Assembly: GCA_012295275.1 (NCBI GenBank)
Contig: CM022667.1
Span: forward strand, 16,058,001-16,122,000
DNA length: 64,000 nt
Origin: Chrysomallon squamiferum
Taxonomy: Eukaryota > Animalia > Mollusca
Direction: 5' to 3'
The notes beneath the pieces were generated by a model, which saw nothing but the letters and a program-made list of their open reading frames with translations, made no database searches and was not told the DNA's origin. This document shows positions 43,721 through 57,082 of the stretch, in pieces. Both the position numbers and the translations under genes were made by a program. The first letter of the stretch is position 1, and each line of letters starts with the position of its first letter.

Positions 43721-44695
43721 TGCAATTTCAAGATGTAAGATTTGTCTTTAGTTTTCTTATTAAGATTTAGTTTTGAAAATATTCTAATCATATAAAATAT
43801 TTTAATTTTTAATGTTTTTTCTTTATCCCTTATTTTTTCTTAACCAGTATTTTTTATAGCAAAAAACATAAAGTCATATGTTTCTTTTTTTCTTTGAAAT
43901 TGTGTTGCGTGATATATCATATTGATTAATTTCAGATGCTTCGAATATTTTTTCCACAGTTAACTTGATCATTAATAATTTAAAATGTATATTAAATATA
44001 GAATTACACGTGTATTTTTAACGATGAAAGTACATACATATTTAAGGAAAACATGCAACATTAGTAACAAATTAAGCACGATCACAAATAAAAACAAGGA
44101 CCAAACAACACAAACTCCACAAACACCAAAAAAACACCAACCAACACCAAAAAACCCAATCAACACCAAACAGCACAGCCACCACCATCACAACAACAGC
44201 AACAAATACAGCTTCTACTAATACTAGCATTAGCACAATAACAACGACAAACAGCGACAACAACTACCACTGCAGCTGTTACATCTCCTAAACAACCACC
44301 ATGAATGTTACCATAGTTATTATTACTACTACAACTACTTCTATTACTCCTACTACTGCTCCTGCTGCTTTTCCTACTGATGCTGCTGATTCTGCCACTA
44401 CTACTGCTACTATACCTACTATACTACTATTTCCACTACTACTACTATTTCTACTGCTACTACTACTTCTACTACTACTATTGCTACTACTACCCCTACT
44501 GCTACTGCTGTTGCTGCTGCTATTCCTACTTCCACCGTTGCTGATGATTCTGCTTCTACTACTACTACAGCTACTACTACAGCTATTACTAATAGTAGTA
44601 GCTGTAATGATAATAATAATAATTATTATATATTTTTAAAGGTATTAGTATTAAAATTTAATGTATTTTAAAATATCACCAATCAGTTGTACACA

Positions 44696-44930
44696 AATAT
44701 TCACCTATCTGAATCCCCGCCTCCGATTTCTACCTCTGGGTCTATTTGAAAAACAATATCTATGAAAACAATCTCCAGACAATCAGAGACTTGAAGACAG
44801 AAACTACGGCAAAAATCAGGGCTATTGCATGAGAGGTGTGGGTTTGCATAATTAACAGATTTTCACGCCGCATTCAGGAGTGACTCAGATGTCAAGATAG
44901 CTATTGGAACACATTTTGGAAAGGCGATAA
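44696..44930 (+). mobile_element. Tc1/mariner transposase C-terminal remnant
   Basis: Frameshifted YSP.LNP..DFYLW.YLKNNIYENNLQTIRDLKTE...RRIQE...LEHIL, matching the catalytic-domain tail (SPDLNP-DF-LWG-LK). Confidence 0.8.
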
Positions 44931-46122
44931 AACCTAGCCATAAGGATTAAATAGCCAAACGTTCAGTACTGACTTGTTATCAGTTCAGGTTAATATGTGT
45001 GAATAAGAAACCCAATCCATCATCATTTGTAGAAACGAGACGTAGTTACATGAGTTGAATCATTTTCGGACACAGTTGCGTAACAAGAGAACTATCTGCA
45101 CTTAGCTGATTGTTGAAAGTTATTGAGAAACACCATTAATGGAATTCACTCCTATTTAATACCAGTAATTCTCCTATGCAGCCATAAACAGCTGATTAAG
45201 ATGTAAAAGTTATAGATAACACAGCATAAATAGAAGTAAATAAATAAAACAATAAGAAAGGTATATTTATTATTTTTCAAATGCAAACTCTAGCGTTTTT
45301 TGACGTTGTTGTTTTAAATTCTTCTTATTCTTTCTTCTTCTTCATCTTTTTTTTTTTCTTCTTCTTCTTCTTCTTCTTCTTATTTTTATTAACTGTCCAC
45401 AATTATTAATCCTTAAGCCTACGAGGCTAAAAGTAAAAATTTGACTGATATTTAAATTTCGAATTTACTTTAATGACAGGGCACCGTTTGAGATAATAAC
45501 TATGAAAGCGAATTATCATCATGAAAAACACTTAAGATTTCAGTTATTTTAATGTAATGATTTCCCCCTGATAAGCCATCAGAATATTTTAATCAGGAAG
45601 CTGAAAATAGGATCAGAAAAAAGAAAAGAAGACATCGGCGTAATCAAACAAGATTACAAAGGCTTAAAAAAAAAAAAAATAAAAAAAATAATAATAATAA
45701 TAAAATTAAAATAATAATAATAAAAAATAAAAATAAATAAAAATAATTATAATTATACTTTAAACGAGGAAACGTAATGCAGTGATGTCACAGGACGACG
45801 ACTGTTAACTCATATTCAAATGTTTGATTTGCCACATTCCAATGCTGAAGCAAATAACCACAGAGGTAACTCAGCAAAGAGGACATGCGTCTTAATGACA
45901 AATGAAAATAACGATTAAAGTTGTGATCTTTACGTCTCAGAAAAACAAAATTCTAATGCTATTATCAGGTTTTTGTATCCTACGTTTACATATTTAAATA
46001 CTAAGTTAACCCTGCTCTGGGCAGACAAATCACGTTTATAAGAAATGTTAAAGCAGAGTAAATAAAAACCAGTGTGTTACGAAACACTGATATTCAGAAT
46101 ATATATGTGTATATATGTATGT

Positions 46123-46171
<49 letters not shown>

Positions 46172-46283
46172 TATATATATTTACATGTTTGCAGAACTCG
46201 TAAAACATCCAGACATAAATATATATATTTACATGTTTGCAACACATCCATATAAACATATACACTCAGGCGCACACACACAC

Positions 46284-46877
46284 GTCAGTTATGCAGACTC
46301 ACACCTCTCATAGAATAGCCCTGATCTTTGCCGTAATTTCTGTCTTCAAGTCTCTGATTGTCTGGAAATTGTTTTCAGCTATCGTCTTTCAGTTAGCCCC
46401 AGAGGTACAAATTGTAGGGGGTGAGTTCAGAAAGGTGAATATGGGCACCACTTAGGGTCAAACTTCTTTTGTCTCTATTCCCTTTTGTAACCTTCTGCGT
46501 AATCTGTTTTGAGATGGTTCAACTTAAGGTCTAGGATCAGAACCTGCTACAATGGTTCCAGGATATTGCCTAGTTCCTGGTTGCACCTTCGAGTGGAATT
46601 CTTAGGGCTGCGACCGACAGAGTCCATGACAGCATTAACAATCCTTGCCATTCTCACTCTCAAATATCGTCCAGTTTGGAGCCCATTCACCTTTTAGACA
46701 TAGGTTATGCAGAGTTCCCTTTGCTCTGAACGTACTGACCCATCTGTAAATGTGGTTTTTGTCTGGTTAATGATGAAAATGGAACTGTCTTTGAAATTTT
46801 GCCTGAACAAATTTAAACGATTTGGTTTGAAAACAGGTTTCTATGCAAACAGTTTTCTGTTCATTTGTGCGTGGCAT
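46284..46877 (-). mobile_element. Internally deleted Tc1/mariner transposase pseudogene (same family as 44696-44930)
   Basis: ATG at 46877: MPRTNEQKTVCIETCFQTKSFKFVQAKF...HIYRWVSTFRAKGTLHN (HTH), then DSVGRSPKNSTRR..QELG, fused to W.PYSP..L...LYLWG.LK. About 150 bp are shared in inverted orientation with 44696-44855. Confidence 0.8.
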
Positions 46878-47051
46878 TTTTACTGAAAAACTATTGTTAT
46901 CACTTCCTTTAGAAGAATCTGTAAAATAAGAATAAAAGCATTATTATTCACAATTTCATCTGCCTTGTATTGTTGCAAGCAATATTCATTTACTTTAAAA
47001 TAGACAGTCGTATACACATAGTAAATAAATGAATATGGACAGGTATTTGTG

Positions 47052-47161
<110 letters not shown>

Positions 47162-47566
47162 CCCCCCTCTCGATTTCTAATCCCCTTTCTCTCTCTCTCT
47201 CCTCTCTCTCTCTGTCACTCACTATGACTGTCTATATTTCTCGATTTCTAATCCCTCTTCCTCTCTCTGTCTGCTGTCTCTCTCTCCTATAGATCACTGT
47301 GCACATGCATGAGACCCTACCTTCTCCTAAATGCGTTTGCAAAGGAAGAAAATCCGCCTCCTTTCTCCTTCGGAACAAAAGAAGAACAAATGGAGTTAAA
47401 AATAATAAATATTTTAGAGTACGTACTGGAATATAGACATACTTAACGATTTTCAGTAAATCTTTGATTTCGCAATGACTTTGCTGTCATATAACAATGG
47501 TCGTGCAGATGTGGATTCTATTAGCATGACATAACTGTAAGCTGCGTCTTCTAAGATAATTACCAG

Positions 47567-47615
<49 letters not shown>

Positions 47616-47883
47616 TATATATATATATATAATTTTTGTTTTTAGTTGTTTTTTTGTCGTTATTATATACCATTGTTATTTCTATCGTAGTTTGTTGATA
47701 ATTATTATTGCTGCTGCTCTTATTGGTTTTGCCATTCATCCTGTTTGTACTATTGTTTCTGTTGTTATTGTTATTATTTCATATTATTTTGTATTGTTGT
47801 TCCAATTACTAGTGTTGTTGTTACTACTACTACAACTATTTTATATAGCTACCGTTGTTCTCGTCTTCTACTGATATTACTGA

Positions 47884-47932
<49 letters not shown>

Positions 47933-47939
47933 GTCATTA

Positions 47940-47978
<39 letters not shown>

Positions 47979-48465
47979 GTTGTTGTTGTTGTTGTTGTTA
48001 TTAAATATTATTTATATGTACATATATTCGAATATTCGTACTATACTTTTATGTGTCTAACTGTTAATTAACAAAATCAAATATTGTAGCTACTACAAGT
48101 ACAGGTCCTCGAAGTGTTAATTTTAAATGTTCGCTTAGAAGGTATTTTTAAAATAGTATTATATATATTGACATCGTGATCAATAAACACACCGGCAATC
48201 TCTCTAAAATGAAAAATAGTGTACTTTTACTGATATCGTCCTTGCAAGTTAATTCTTTAGTTATCCATAAATTTTCCAAGCGTCTTCGCAAACATTTATC
48301 AGGTTTCCATCATCGTACAAAACAGTGATTGTTTTCTGTAGGCCAATGAGTCAGCAGAACTCGTAGAACAGTGACATAATAAAATAAGGAAGTTCTTGCA
48401 TTGAAGATGTTTTTAATTTTAAAGAACGATGAAATAAATGAATATGGACAGGTATTTGTTTTTCT

Positions 48466-48551
<86 letters not shown>

Positions 48552-48873
48552 TTTTTTCTCTCTTTTTGACTCTGTTCTCTATTACATACGCTTCACATAC
48601 ATGCACATATGGACACATGCAGACAGGTCATACATTATCGTTAAAAATAAGATCACTAAAGCCATGCATATTGAGGTTAAGCTCTGGGCTTCTTATTGAT
48701 ACGAAATGTTTATTTCAAGAATTTCAAGTGATGAAAGGATCACAGAATTTCTATATTCAGATCTCTTCCTGATTTAAGATGTTAACTTCAGACGCGATTT
48801 AACTTAGATATGTAGATTATAATTTTTTTTATTTTATCAAGTTAACATGAGAAGAAGAAGAAAAAAGAATGTG

Positions 48874-48926
<53 letters not shown>

Positions 48927-49393
48927 CTTTAATTATTTTTTCTTTCTCTGTCTGTTTGTCTATGTCTTTCTCTTTATCCATATATCTACTATAAATATTT
49001 TTATAAATTATTTTACGAATATTTGTTTATTGATCAAATAACCATAATAATGGACAACGAACTAACTGATAGAAAGTCAATACCAATCTTCATTATTAAG
49101 TTAAAAATACGTAAATAAATGAAACAAATTAAATATACTTTCTCATATAAGTCTTCTTGGTTTAGTTTTATTTTATTTTGTCTCAGTGAATATCAAGGTA
49201 ACGAAACCAAACAGAACTACTGATCTTTATGAGATTATATGCCACACAAATCTAATGTACTTACGGGAATTTGCTTTATCTGTAAGAAAAATCTCTTTTG
49301 TTTACTATACTCAAGAGCGATAACTCTTTAACACCCATAACGAGTTACGTTTATATTTGTGTCTGTGTGCATGTCTGATTCTTTCTCTCTCCC

Positions 49394-49444
<51 letters not shown>

Positions 49445-49743
49445 CACTGACCTTGCGAGATAGGAAGAGAAAAATAAAGAGAATGAGAGACAGTGAGAAA
49501 TATATAAATATACACTTGTATTTTGATGACAGTCCAGTCTTTAAAAATCAGTTGACTCGGTCAAAAAGGAAAAAAGGAAAGAATGAAGCAAAAATGTCGA
49601 TATCAAAGACAAGTTAGCTTTTTTAACTCAACAACATCAGTAACATTAAACAAACGAACGAATTATAGTATTATAATTACTTTTGCGAATTTTGTATTAA
49701 TTAATAACGACTGAAATGAATATATTAATATGCATGGTCAACG

Positions 49744-49765
49744 TATCATACTGAAACCGAATTCT
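49744..49765 (+). promoter_or_regulatory. Candidate snRNA-type proximal sequence element (PSE) of the U3 gene
   Basis: Position-based call: TCATACTGAAACCGAATT lies about 57-40 bp upstream of the U3 5' end, where metazoan Pol II snRNA PSEs sit. I do not know this lineage's consensus. Confidence 0.35.
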
Positions 49766-49802
49766 GTTTCATATATGCTCTATCCCGGAACCTGTACGAT
49801 TT

Positions 49803-50022
49803 AAGGTCATACTTTTAGGGATCATTTCTATAGTATGCATCGCCAAGACGTCACGTAACACTGACGAACGACCGAGACCACGAGGACGAGACACAGCCTC
49901 CTCTTCTGAGCGCGAAGCGGACTGGGAGTGTCACCTTTTCGGTGACTCGCTCCTCGTCATTGATGACCGTTCCTCTCTTCCTTCAGTGGAGAGTTGGAGG
50001 AAGGGGAGGCATTCTGAGTGGT
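49803..50022 (+). ncRNA. U3: U3 small nucleolar RNA (box C/D), about 220 nt
   Basis: The 5' end AAGGTCATACTTTTAGGGATCATTTCTATAGT matches the box A'/A region. Box C' ACCACGAGGACGA, box B GAGCGCGAAGC, box C ATTGATGACC, then a 3' hairpin (CCTCTCTTCCTTCA/TGGAGGAAGGGGAGG, with G-U pairs). Box D and terminus TCTGAGTGGT pair with ACCAC. Order and spacing match metazoan U3. Confidence 0.93.
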
Positions 50023-50718
50023 CGACAAACATTTTTTAAAAACCAAAAATATTATTGCTTACGTAATAAACCCTTGTTATATTAAAAACAACACGATATG
50101 CTGATTGAACGCCATTCATATTGTTTTCACGAAAATTGCATCTACTGTTTTGTGTGGATTGTCAAATTATTGTAATTTAAATCTATTTATTTATTTATTC
50201 TTGATATTTTTGTCGATTTATTGCTGTGTTCTTTCTTTGTAAATTCGCATACAGATGAAAACATAAACACACACACAAACACACACACAAACGCACACAC
50301 AAACACACACACACACAAACACACACACACATAAATACTACAAAACGTTTTAGTAATAATTATTCTGGTATTATAATTAAAACTTTCAAGAAAGTATGCC
50401 TAAGTGAATGATTTTTGGAAATAAACGAATATATAAAAATAGTTTAATGTTCAGTTCAGTCTGTAAAGTTCATTTATCTCGGTTAAAAACGCAAATAAAA
50501 ATAATAAAACAGAAAACTCGATATTCATAAACGTTTTAATAAATCGACAGAATAGAGGGAGAGGGAGGGAGGGTGCGTGAGAGAGGGAGGTGGTGTGTGA
50601 GAGAGAGGGGTGTGTGTGTGTGAGAGGGGTGTGTGTGTGTGGGTGTGTGGGTGTGAGAGAGAGAGAGAGAGAGAGAGCGTGTGCTAGCTATTGCGAAAAA
50701 CACACCACGACGTGTGGA

Positions 50719-51140
50719 TTTTATGACGTTGTGATGTATATGAATATGTTAAACCTTAGTAGTGAATGTATTAGAAAAGTATGGTTTGCATAATTGCATA
50801 AAAGAATAACATATGGTGTTATGTCATACGTATTGTTTGATAGGAACAATGTATTAGCAATATGTGGCAAGATGTTTAATTATTTATGACAGTCTAGGGA
50901 ATGTTATGCGTCATATGTATGTATTTCTTATTGTAATGTCATGTATTCTAGTCTTGTTGTATTTCAAATTATTGATTTGATTGTTTCAGGGATTTAAACA
51001 TACATTGTGTGTGATGTCAAATAAAAAGCCATTGTCCTAAACCTACATCTGTTTGTTGTCTTTTTGAAAACAAACTCAAATACTTTTACATATATTATAC
51101 ATTTTAATGTGCGTGAGAGAGGGAGGGGTGTGTGAGAGAG

Positions 51141-51181
<41 letters not shown>

Positions 51182-53423
51182 CGTGTGTGTTAGTGCGAAA
51201 AACACAGCACAACGATGAAGCAAACTTTTATCAACAAAACACACTCTAAATTCCCGCGACGTAAGTCTGTTGACACGTCGATAACTGATCAGAATCTCTC
51301 CACTCGTTACTGATTGATTGCAGAGCCAGAGGTAGGATTTCATTACGAAACCATTAAATTATGTATCCAACATACTCTGTACGTAAACAAACTCAAACAT
51401 TAAAAAACTAACAAAGGGCTTTGACTTTGCCCAGCGTGTCGGATATGGTTACCTCGTTATAATATCGGCTCCATATTGCCATATACCTTGAACCTTGAAA
51501 AATATTAACGTGCTAATCAGAGCAAACTGTTGTGAAGCGCGTCTACGACAGGCATGCTTTCTGACAGGTCAGCCGGCGTGTCTGTCGCAGATTGCCATAT
51601 AATATTAGAAAGTTAAATATAACAGTTAAAGGAAGTAAACATTACTATAACACTTACTCAATTCGTCATTCTTAAAATCGGCATACAATTTAAAATGGTA
51701 AAACATTTTTAACTGTTCTTTTTCAGGTATGACAGACAACTCGGCACAGGGACAATCTTGTCTATTGTTGGACAAGTGTTGTTTTTTAAATTAAAGTATT
51801 CTCACCGAAATAAAAGAATGTGTTTTTGTTAGTACTGAATTAGTCCCACCTTAACCTAAACGTTGTGAAACGAAGTGTCATGTTGGATTGATAAATTGCT
51901 GATCCATTTATCTTTGAAGATAGTTTCCGGAGTTCGAATAATTTGTTTTTGTTCTACAGTCGGTGACCTAAACATTGGAGACAATCCCAGAAAAACATGC
52001 AAAATTTCTTTATCATACTTTATCGTAGTAACAACATAGCCTCCTGACTTCCAATGAGTAGCTAATGAACAAGTAAATGATATCACCCTACAGACGTTGT
52101 GTTGTTATTTTACCTGCTATTAAAAAGTAAATCCATTTGGTGAGTAGGATGACATTTTCAGCAAGTAATGTATATAACCGTCCGATTTATTTAGATCGCT
52201 AAAAAAAAACCAATCAATCTTCTAAAGCTAATTTCCGGGACCAGTTGGGGAGCAAACGAGTCAACGCTAATTTTGATATATAAAGCATGTATTCTCTCCA
52301 GGCTCGACTACGGAGCCACGGCTTACTCGAATGCTCCCGAACACTCTTTAAAAAAACTAGACGTAATTCAATCCAGCGCCCTCAGAGTGATCGGCCACCT
52401 GCCAAACACAACACCATCCAACAGCCTCCTGACGGAATACAGCATCCAACCACTGAAATACAGAAGAAAGCTGCAGCTACTGAAAATACAAGCTGAAAAT
52501 ACACACCCTCAACACAGACCACCCTGTCAAGGATCTGGTCGCCGACCAACAAAGAATAGGGCAACTCCAAAAACCCAGACAACGGATCATCGAGTGGCTC
52601 CCAGCACACGTCGGCATCATCGGCAACGAACTTGCCGACCACTACGCCAAAGAATCACCCAGCATTAAAGACGAAGACATCTGCACCGACATACACTACG
52701 GAATAAATGAAATTGTCTCCATCGCAGCCAAACACTACGACAAACAATGGCAAAACAATGGAAAAACAGCAAAAACAAATGGCACTTGAACATCAAACCA
52801 CTCACCAAAACACAAAATCACACTCGCCAACAAACTACACACCAAAGCCAGAATTGGTTACTCGACCAACTTAAATGCAAGCAGATACAAATATCACATC
52901 ATCACATCACCCAACTGCAGCTGTGGACTCTCCGAAACCATGAAACACTATTTGTTTCACTGTCAAAACTTCGCCAAGGAAAGACAAGCACTACGCAATA
53001 CATTGGAGGAACTAAAAATCGAGTTGACGTTCCAACACATCCTGACACCAAACACAAAAGACAGAGAGTTAGTCCTCGCTGCAGTAACAAATTACATTCT
53101 GAACACAAAACACAAACTTTAGACTCTTTTTTTTTTTGACACAAAAACGAACAACAGTTATATGAATTTATTGACTTACAGATTGGTTGGTTGGTTGAAC
53201 AGCTGATGGATCTACGGATGGAACGGCTGATTGACGGATCAGTTTGAGTGGCCAATTAAATTAATAATTAAAAACAAAACTATACGTACGTAACTACTTT
53301 CAGTCCATACTAACCCGGTTATCGTTTTTATTTTTATTTTTATTATTATTTTTTTTAATGTACATAATAAATGTAAATAAGTTCACGTTCTTATTCTTAG
53401 CTGCAAGTATTTATAACATCTTT

Positions 53424-53454
<31 letters not shown>

Positions 53455-54276
53455 GTAAATAAGTTAACTACGCTCATGTTACTCTTTTTAGTTACAGGTG
53501 TTCACAGCATCTTTTTAATCAATAAAAAGACCATTGGCAAAAAAAAAGAAAAAAAAAAAAAGAAATAAAAAAAGAAATAAAAAAAAGAAAAAAAGTTGGA
53601 ATTGTTGGACCAGAAGGAAGCAGCCCAAAAGAACAAAGAAATATCAGCACCAGCCGACAAGAGAACAAACAAACAGGACCCAACCAACTCGGACCCGGTG
53701 ATGACTAGGAGACGTTCAACGAGCCAGACAAGTACCTGAAACAACAAAGAGCGGATAACGTTAATTTTTTTTCATTCATTCATTAGATCGCTATTGTTGA
53801 ATGCGTGTGTCGGTTACCAGCTAGGTGTTAAACCTTAGTCAAACAAACTTGGTATGTACATGACTGTGTGGATATATGTGTATAATTTTATGACGTTGTG
53901 ATGTATATGAATATGTTAAACATTAGTAGTGAATGTATTAGAAAAGTATGGATTGTATAATTGCATGAAGGAATAACATATGGTGTTATGTCATGTGTAT
54001 TGTTTGATAGGAACAATGTATTAGCAATATGTGGCAAGATGTTTAATTATTTAAGACAGTCTAGGGAATGTTATGCGTCATAAGTATGTATTTCTTATTG
54101 TAATGTCATGTATTCTAGTCTTGTTGTATTTTAATTTATTGATTTGATTGTTTCAGGGTTTTAAACATACATTGTGTGTGATGTAAAATAAAAAGCCATT
54201 GTCCTGAACCTACAGCTGTTTTTTTTTGTTCGTTTAAAACAAACTCAAATACTGTTACATATATTATAAATTTTAA
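50719..54276. repeat. Pair of about 390-bp direct repeats (50719-51107 and 53886-54276)
   Basis: Near-identical by eye from TTTTATGACGTTGTGATG to ACATATATTATA.ATTTTAA. Confidence 0.92.
52202..53782 (+). mobile_element. 5'-truncated non-LTR retrotransposon (I-group-like LINE) with TSD
   Basis: RT thumb region LLKLISGTSWGANESTLILIYKACILSRLDYGATAY...LDVIQSSALR, and CCHC knuckle SPNCSCGLSETMKHYLFHC in another frame (stop 53122). About 660 bp of 3' region end in TTCATTCATTCA. The 11-bp direct repeat TTAGATCGCTA lies at 52191-52201 and 53783-53793. Confidence 0.88.
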
Positions 54277-54460
54277 ACACAACACACATATATATAATAC
54301 ATGTACATAAGAATAATGAAACCCTATAACTAGTACAACATCCCATTCCGATTTCAGTAACATGTTTTTAACAACTTTAATTACATTTACTTAGGCTAAC
54401 AGTAATATAGATAGTCCAAGATCAGGTTACAGTCTACATTTCAGTGTTTACGTAGCGCTG

Positions 54461-54627
54461 CTATAACCAGACGGTAATTAATCATACAACATCATGCTTT
54501 ATTCAGTAAATAGATACCTACATAGAGAACTACATCAATAAAATAATCTCTCTGTGAAAACCAGTTTGAGTATTTAAACAAAGAGTGCCCACTATAACCA
54601 GACGGTAATCAATCACACAATATCATG
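54461..54627. repeat. 36-bp direct repeat pair
   Basis: CTATAACCAGACGGTAAT.AATCA.ACAA.ATCATG at 54461 and 54592. Confidence 0.8.
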
Positions 54628-54904
54628 ACGACCAAGTGGCTGTTTATCTCCTGCTCCCTGAATCGTAAAGGTTACACTTGGACTAAATCAAATGGTTTCG
54701 AGTCAAGAGTTCAAGGTGGAAAATCACAAGGAGTTACTGTAACTGCAGCTCTGATTGGTGGTTATAGGTGACGGTGACTACTAAATTTTGTGCAAAGCAA
54801 GCGGTACGACCCGGAAGTGAGGAAGATTCGCGGAATGGGAAGATAACTCTAAATAATTACATCGCGGAACCGGCCCATCAGTAACGAAGTGGATTGAGAA
54901 GAAA

Positions 54905-55098
54905 TAGCTATTTCGCAATGTTTTGATCTAGCTGTTGTTTCAGCCTCACTGATGTTACTTGGGAGTCAGTTCCACAAACTCTGTGCAGCATAACTGAAAC
55001 ATATCTGGTTCTTCTTAATCTTGATGCTACTAATCTTAATGAGTTCTGATTTCGTAGAGTCCGGCTTCAACACTTCCAGCATGTCCTTAATGTACTCA
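54905..55098 (-). mobile_element. L2/CR1-type LINE ORF2 C-terminal remnant
   Basis: Minus-strand translation EYIKDMLEVLKP...CFSYAAQSLWN*LPSNISEAET matches the FS.AAP.LWN.LP..I motif of L2/CR1 ORF2. Confidence 0.7.
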
Positions 55099-55674
55099 AA
55101 CAAATAACAAAGATGTTTTTTGTTTTTTTCAGTAAAATGTTAAATTATCAGTAGTCGTAAATACTGATAATTGTGGAACTTTATTTAATTTTGTGTCATT
55201 TTTTAAATAATTAATTTAGTCATTCATTTATTCATTCAGTCAATTCATTCAGTTATTATTATTGTTATTGTTTTTGCTGTTGTTGTTTCCGAAAAATGGT
55301 AACAGATTTGTATCAGATTATCCAGTGCTTATTATTTAATACCAACATCAACAAAGATGTTTACAAAGACAAGACTTTATCCTCATTAATCGTTTTTATT
55401 ATAACTATGTGACAATTTTTCTGGGAAATTTGTTTATTTGTTTGTTTGTTTGTTTCTTTATTTATTTATTTTCAGCTTACTATTTTCTTTCAGTGTGTAT
55501 TTCTATACAAATGTATAAACTGATGTACACATTCACATATGTAAACAAAAGTACACAGAGGCCATATTTAGAAACGTTTTAATGATAATTATTAATCCTG
55601 TATCATAGTTAGAACTTGCAAGAACCTCTGAGTTAAGCGAATGATTTCTATAATTACGCAGACATACCAGAATA

Positions 55675-56432
55675 CAGTGTCACCTTGACTTACGAGTGCA
55701 CCAACTTACGAGTTTTCCGAGTTACGAGCAGTCGACATGGCGAATTTTTGCTTTGAGTTGCGAGCCAAAGTCCGAGTTACGAGCGAGTTCTGGATACGCC
55801 ACCGATAGTTGGCGCAACGAACAACACAACATTCTCCCAGCATCCCGCGTCTCACTTGTTTACTTCACGTGGTTACCTCCCCGCGGAATCATCTCTGTTC
55901 TGCTGTGCTCGCGTTTTGAGCAGTATTTTGCCAAATTTCTTTTTCCTTACCATGGATCAGTGAGTGCAAAGGACAGTGTTGAGAAGAAGATGTGGATGAT
56001 GTCCATTGAATTAAAGCATGAAACCATAGAAAAACATGAGCGAGGTGAGCACATAGTCAAATGGCTAGGAAGTACGAGCGTAGTACAAAACCAATTTATT
56101 TCTTTTCATTCTGTTTTAGAAGGTTTCGATAAAATGTAACTCCAGCTAAAGGCGTTAAAATAATTTTTCAGATAACCAAAAATTTTTTTACAAAAACCAA
56201 TTTATTTTTTTCATTCTGTTTTATTTTGTTTTATACAATATTTGTCATTTATAAATATAGCAAATTTTTTACGAAAACTCACGGAACAAAAAACTGGGGT
56301 AGTTTTTGGGGGCTGAAACAAAATTAATGGAATGTCAATTAATTTCATTTGGGAAAGTTGATTTGATATACGAGCAAATTGAGTTACGAGCTTGGTCACG
56401 GAGCAAATTAAATTCGTAAGTCAAAGTATACA
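55675..56432 (+). mobile_element. Tigger/pogo-family internally deleted DNA transposon
   Basis: The left end is TA|CAGTGTCACCTTGACTTACGA and the right end is TCGTAAGTCAAAGTA. GAGTTACGAG motifs are repeated subterminally. The residual N-terminal HTH reads VSAKDSVEKKMWMMSIELKHETIEKHERGEHIV. Confidence 0.85.
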
Positions 56433-56843
56433 TACAAATACACACAAATGCATACATGCATATATACATACATACATACATTCATACATACATACATACA
56501 TACATTACATGCAATCAAAGAGAGATAAAAATAATGTATAGGATGACTTCTGAATCTTAAATTTAGTAATTATATTTCCTCCTGAGACTTGTTATTTAAC
56601 ATCGTCATCATCATCTCCATCATCGTAATCATAGTCATGATAGTTAGAAATACTACTATCACTGATGTCTGAGACACACTCACACACACACACACACACA
56701 CAACAACAACAACAACAACAAACACAGAAAACAGACAGACAGACACACACATATATGTATATATATATATAAATATATTAGAAGAGGTATACAATGAACT
56801 TTTTTTTTAAACTCATAACCTTTGTAACCCATAATATATTAAA

Positions 56844-56907
<64 letters not shown>

Positions 56908-57016
56908 GCAAAAAAAAAACCAAACAGATAAAGAAACAATAAAACACATCAACTTTTCTTCTCTCAGAAAGCTGTCATTATGCCATTGCTAAAGGTTAGT
57001 TACATGGCAGTATAAA

Positions 57017-57082
<66 letters not shown>

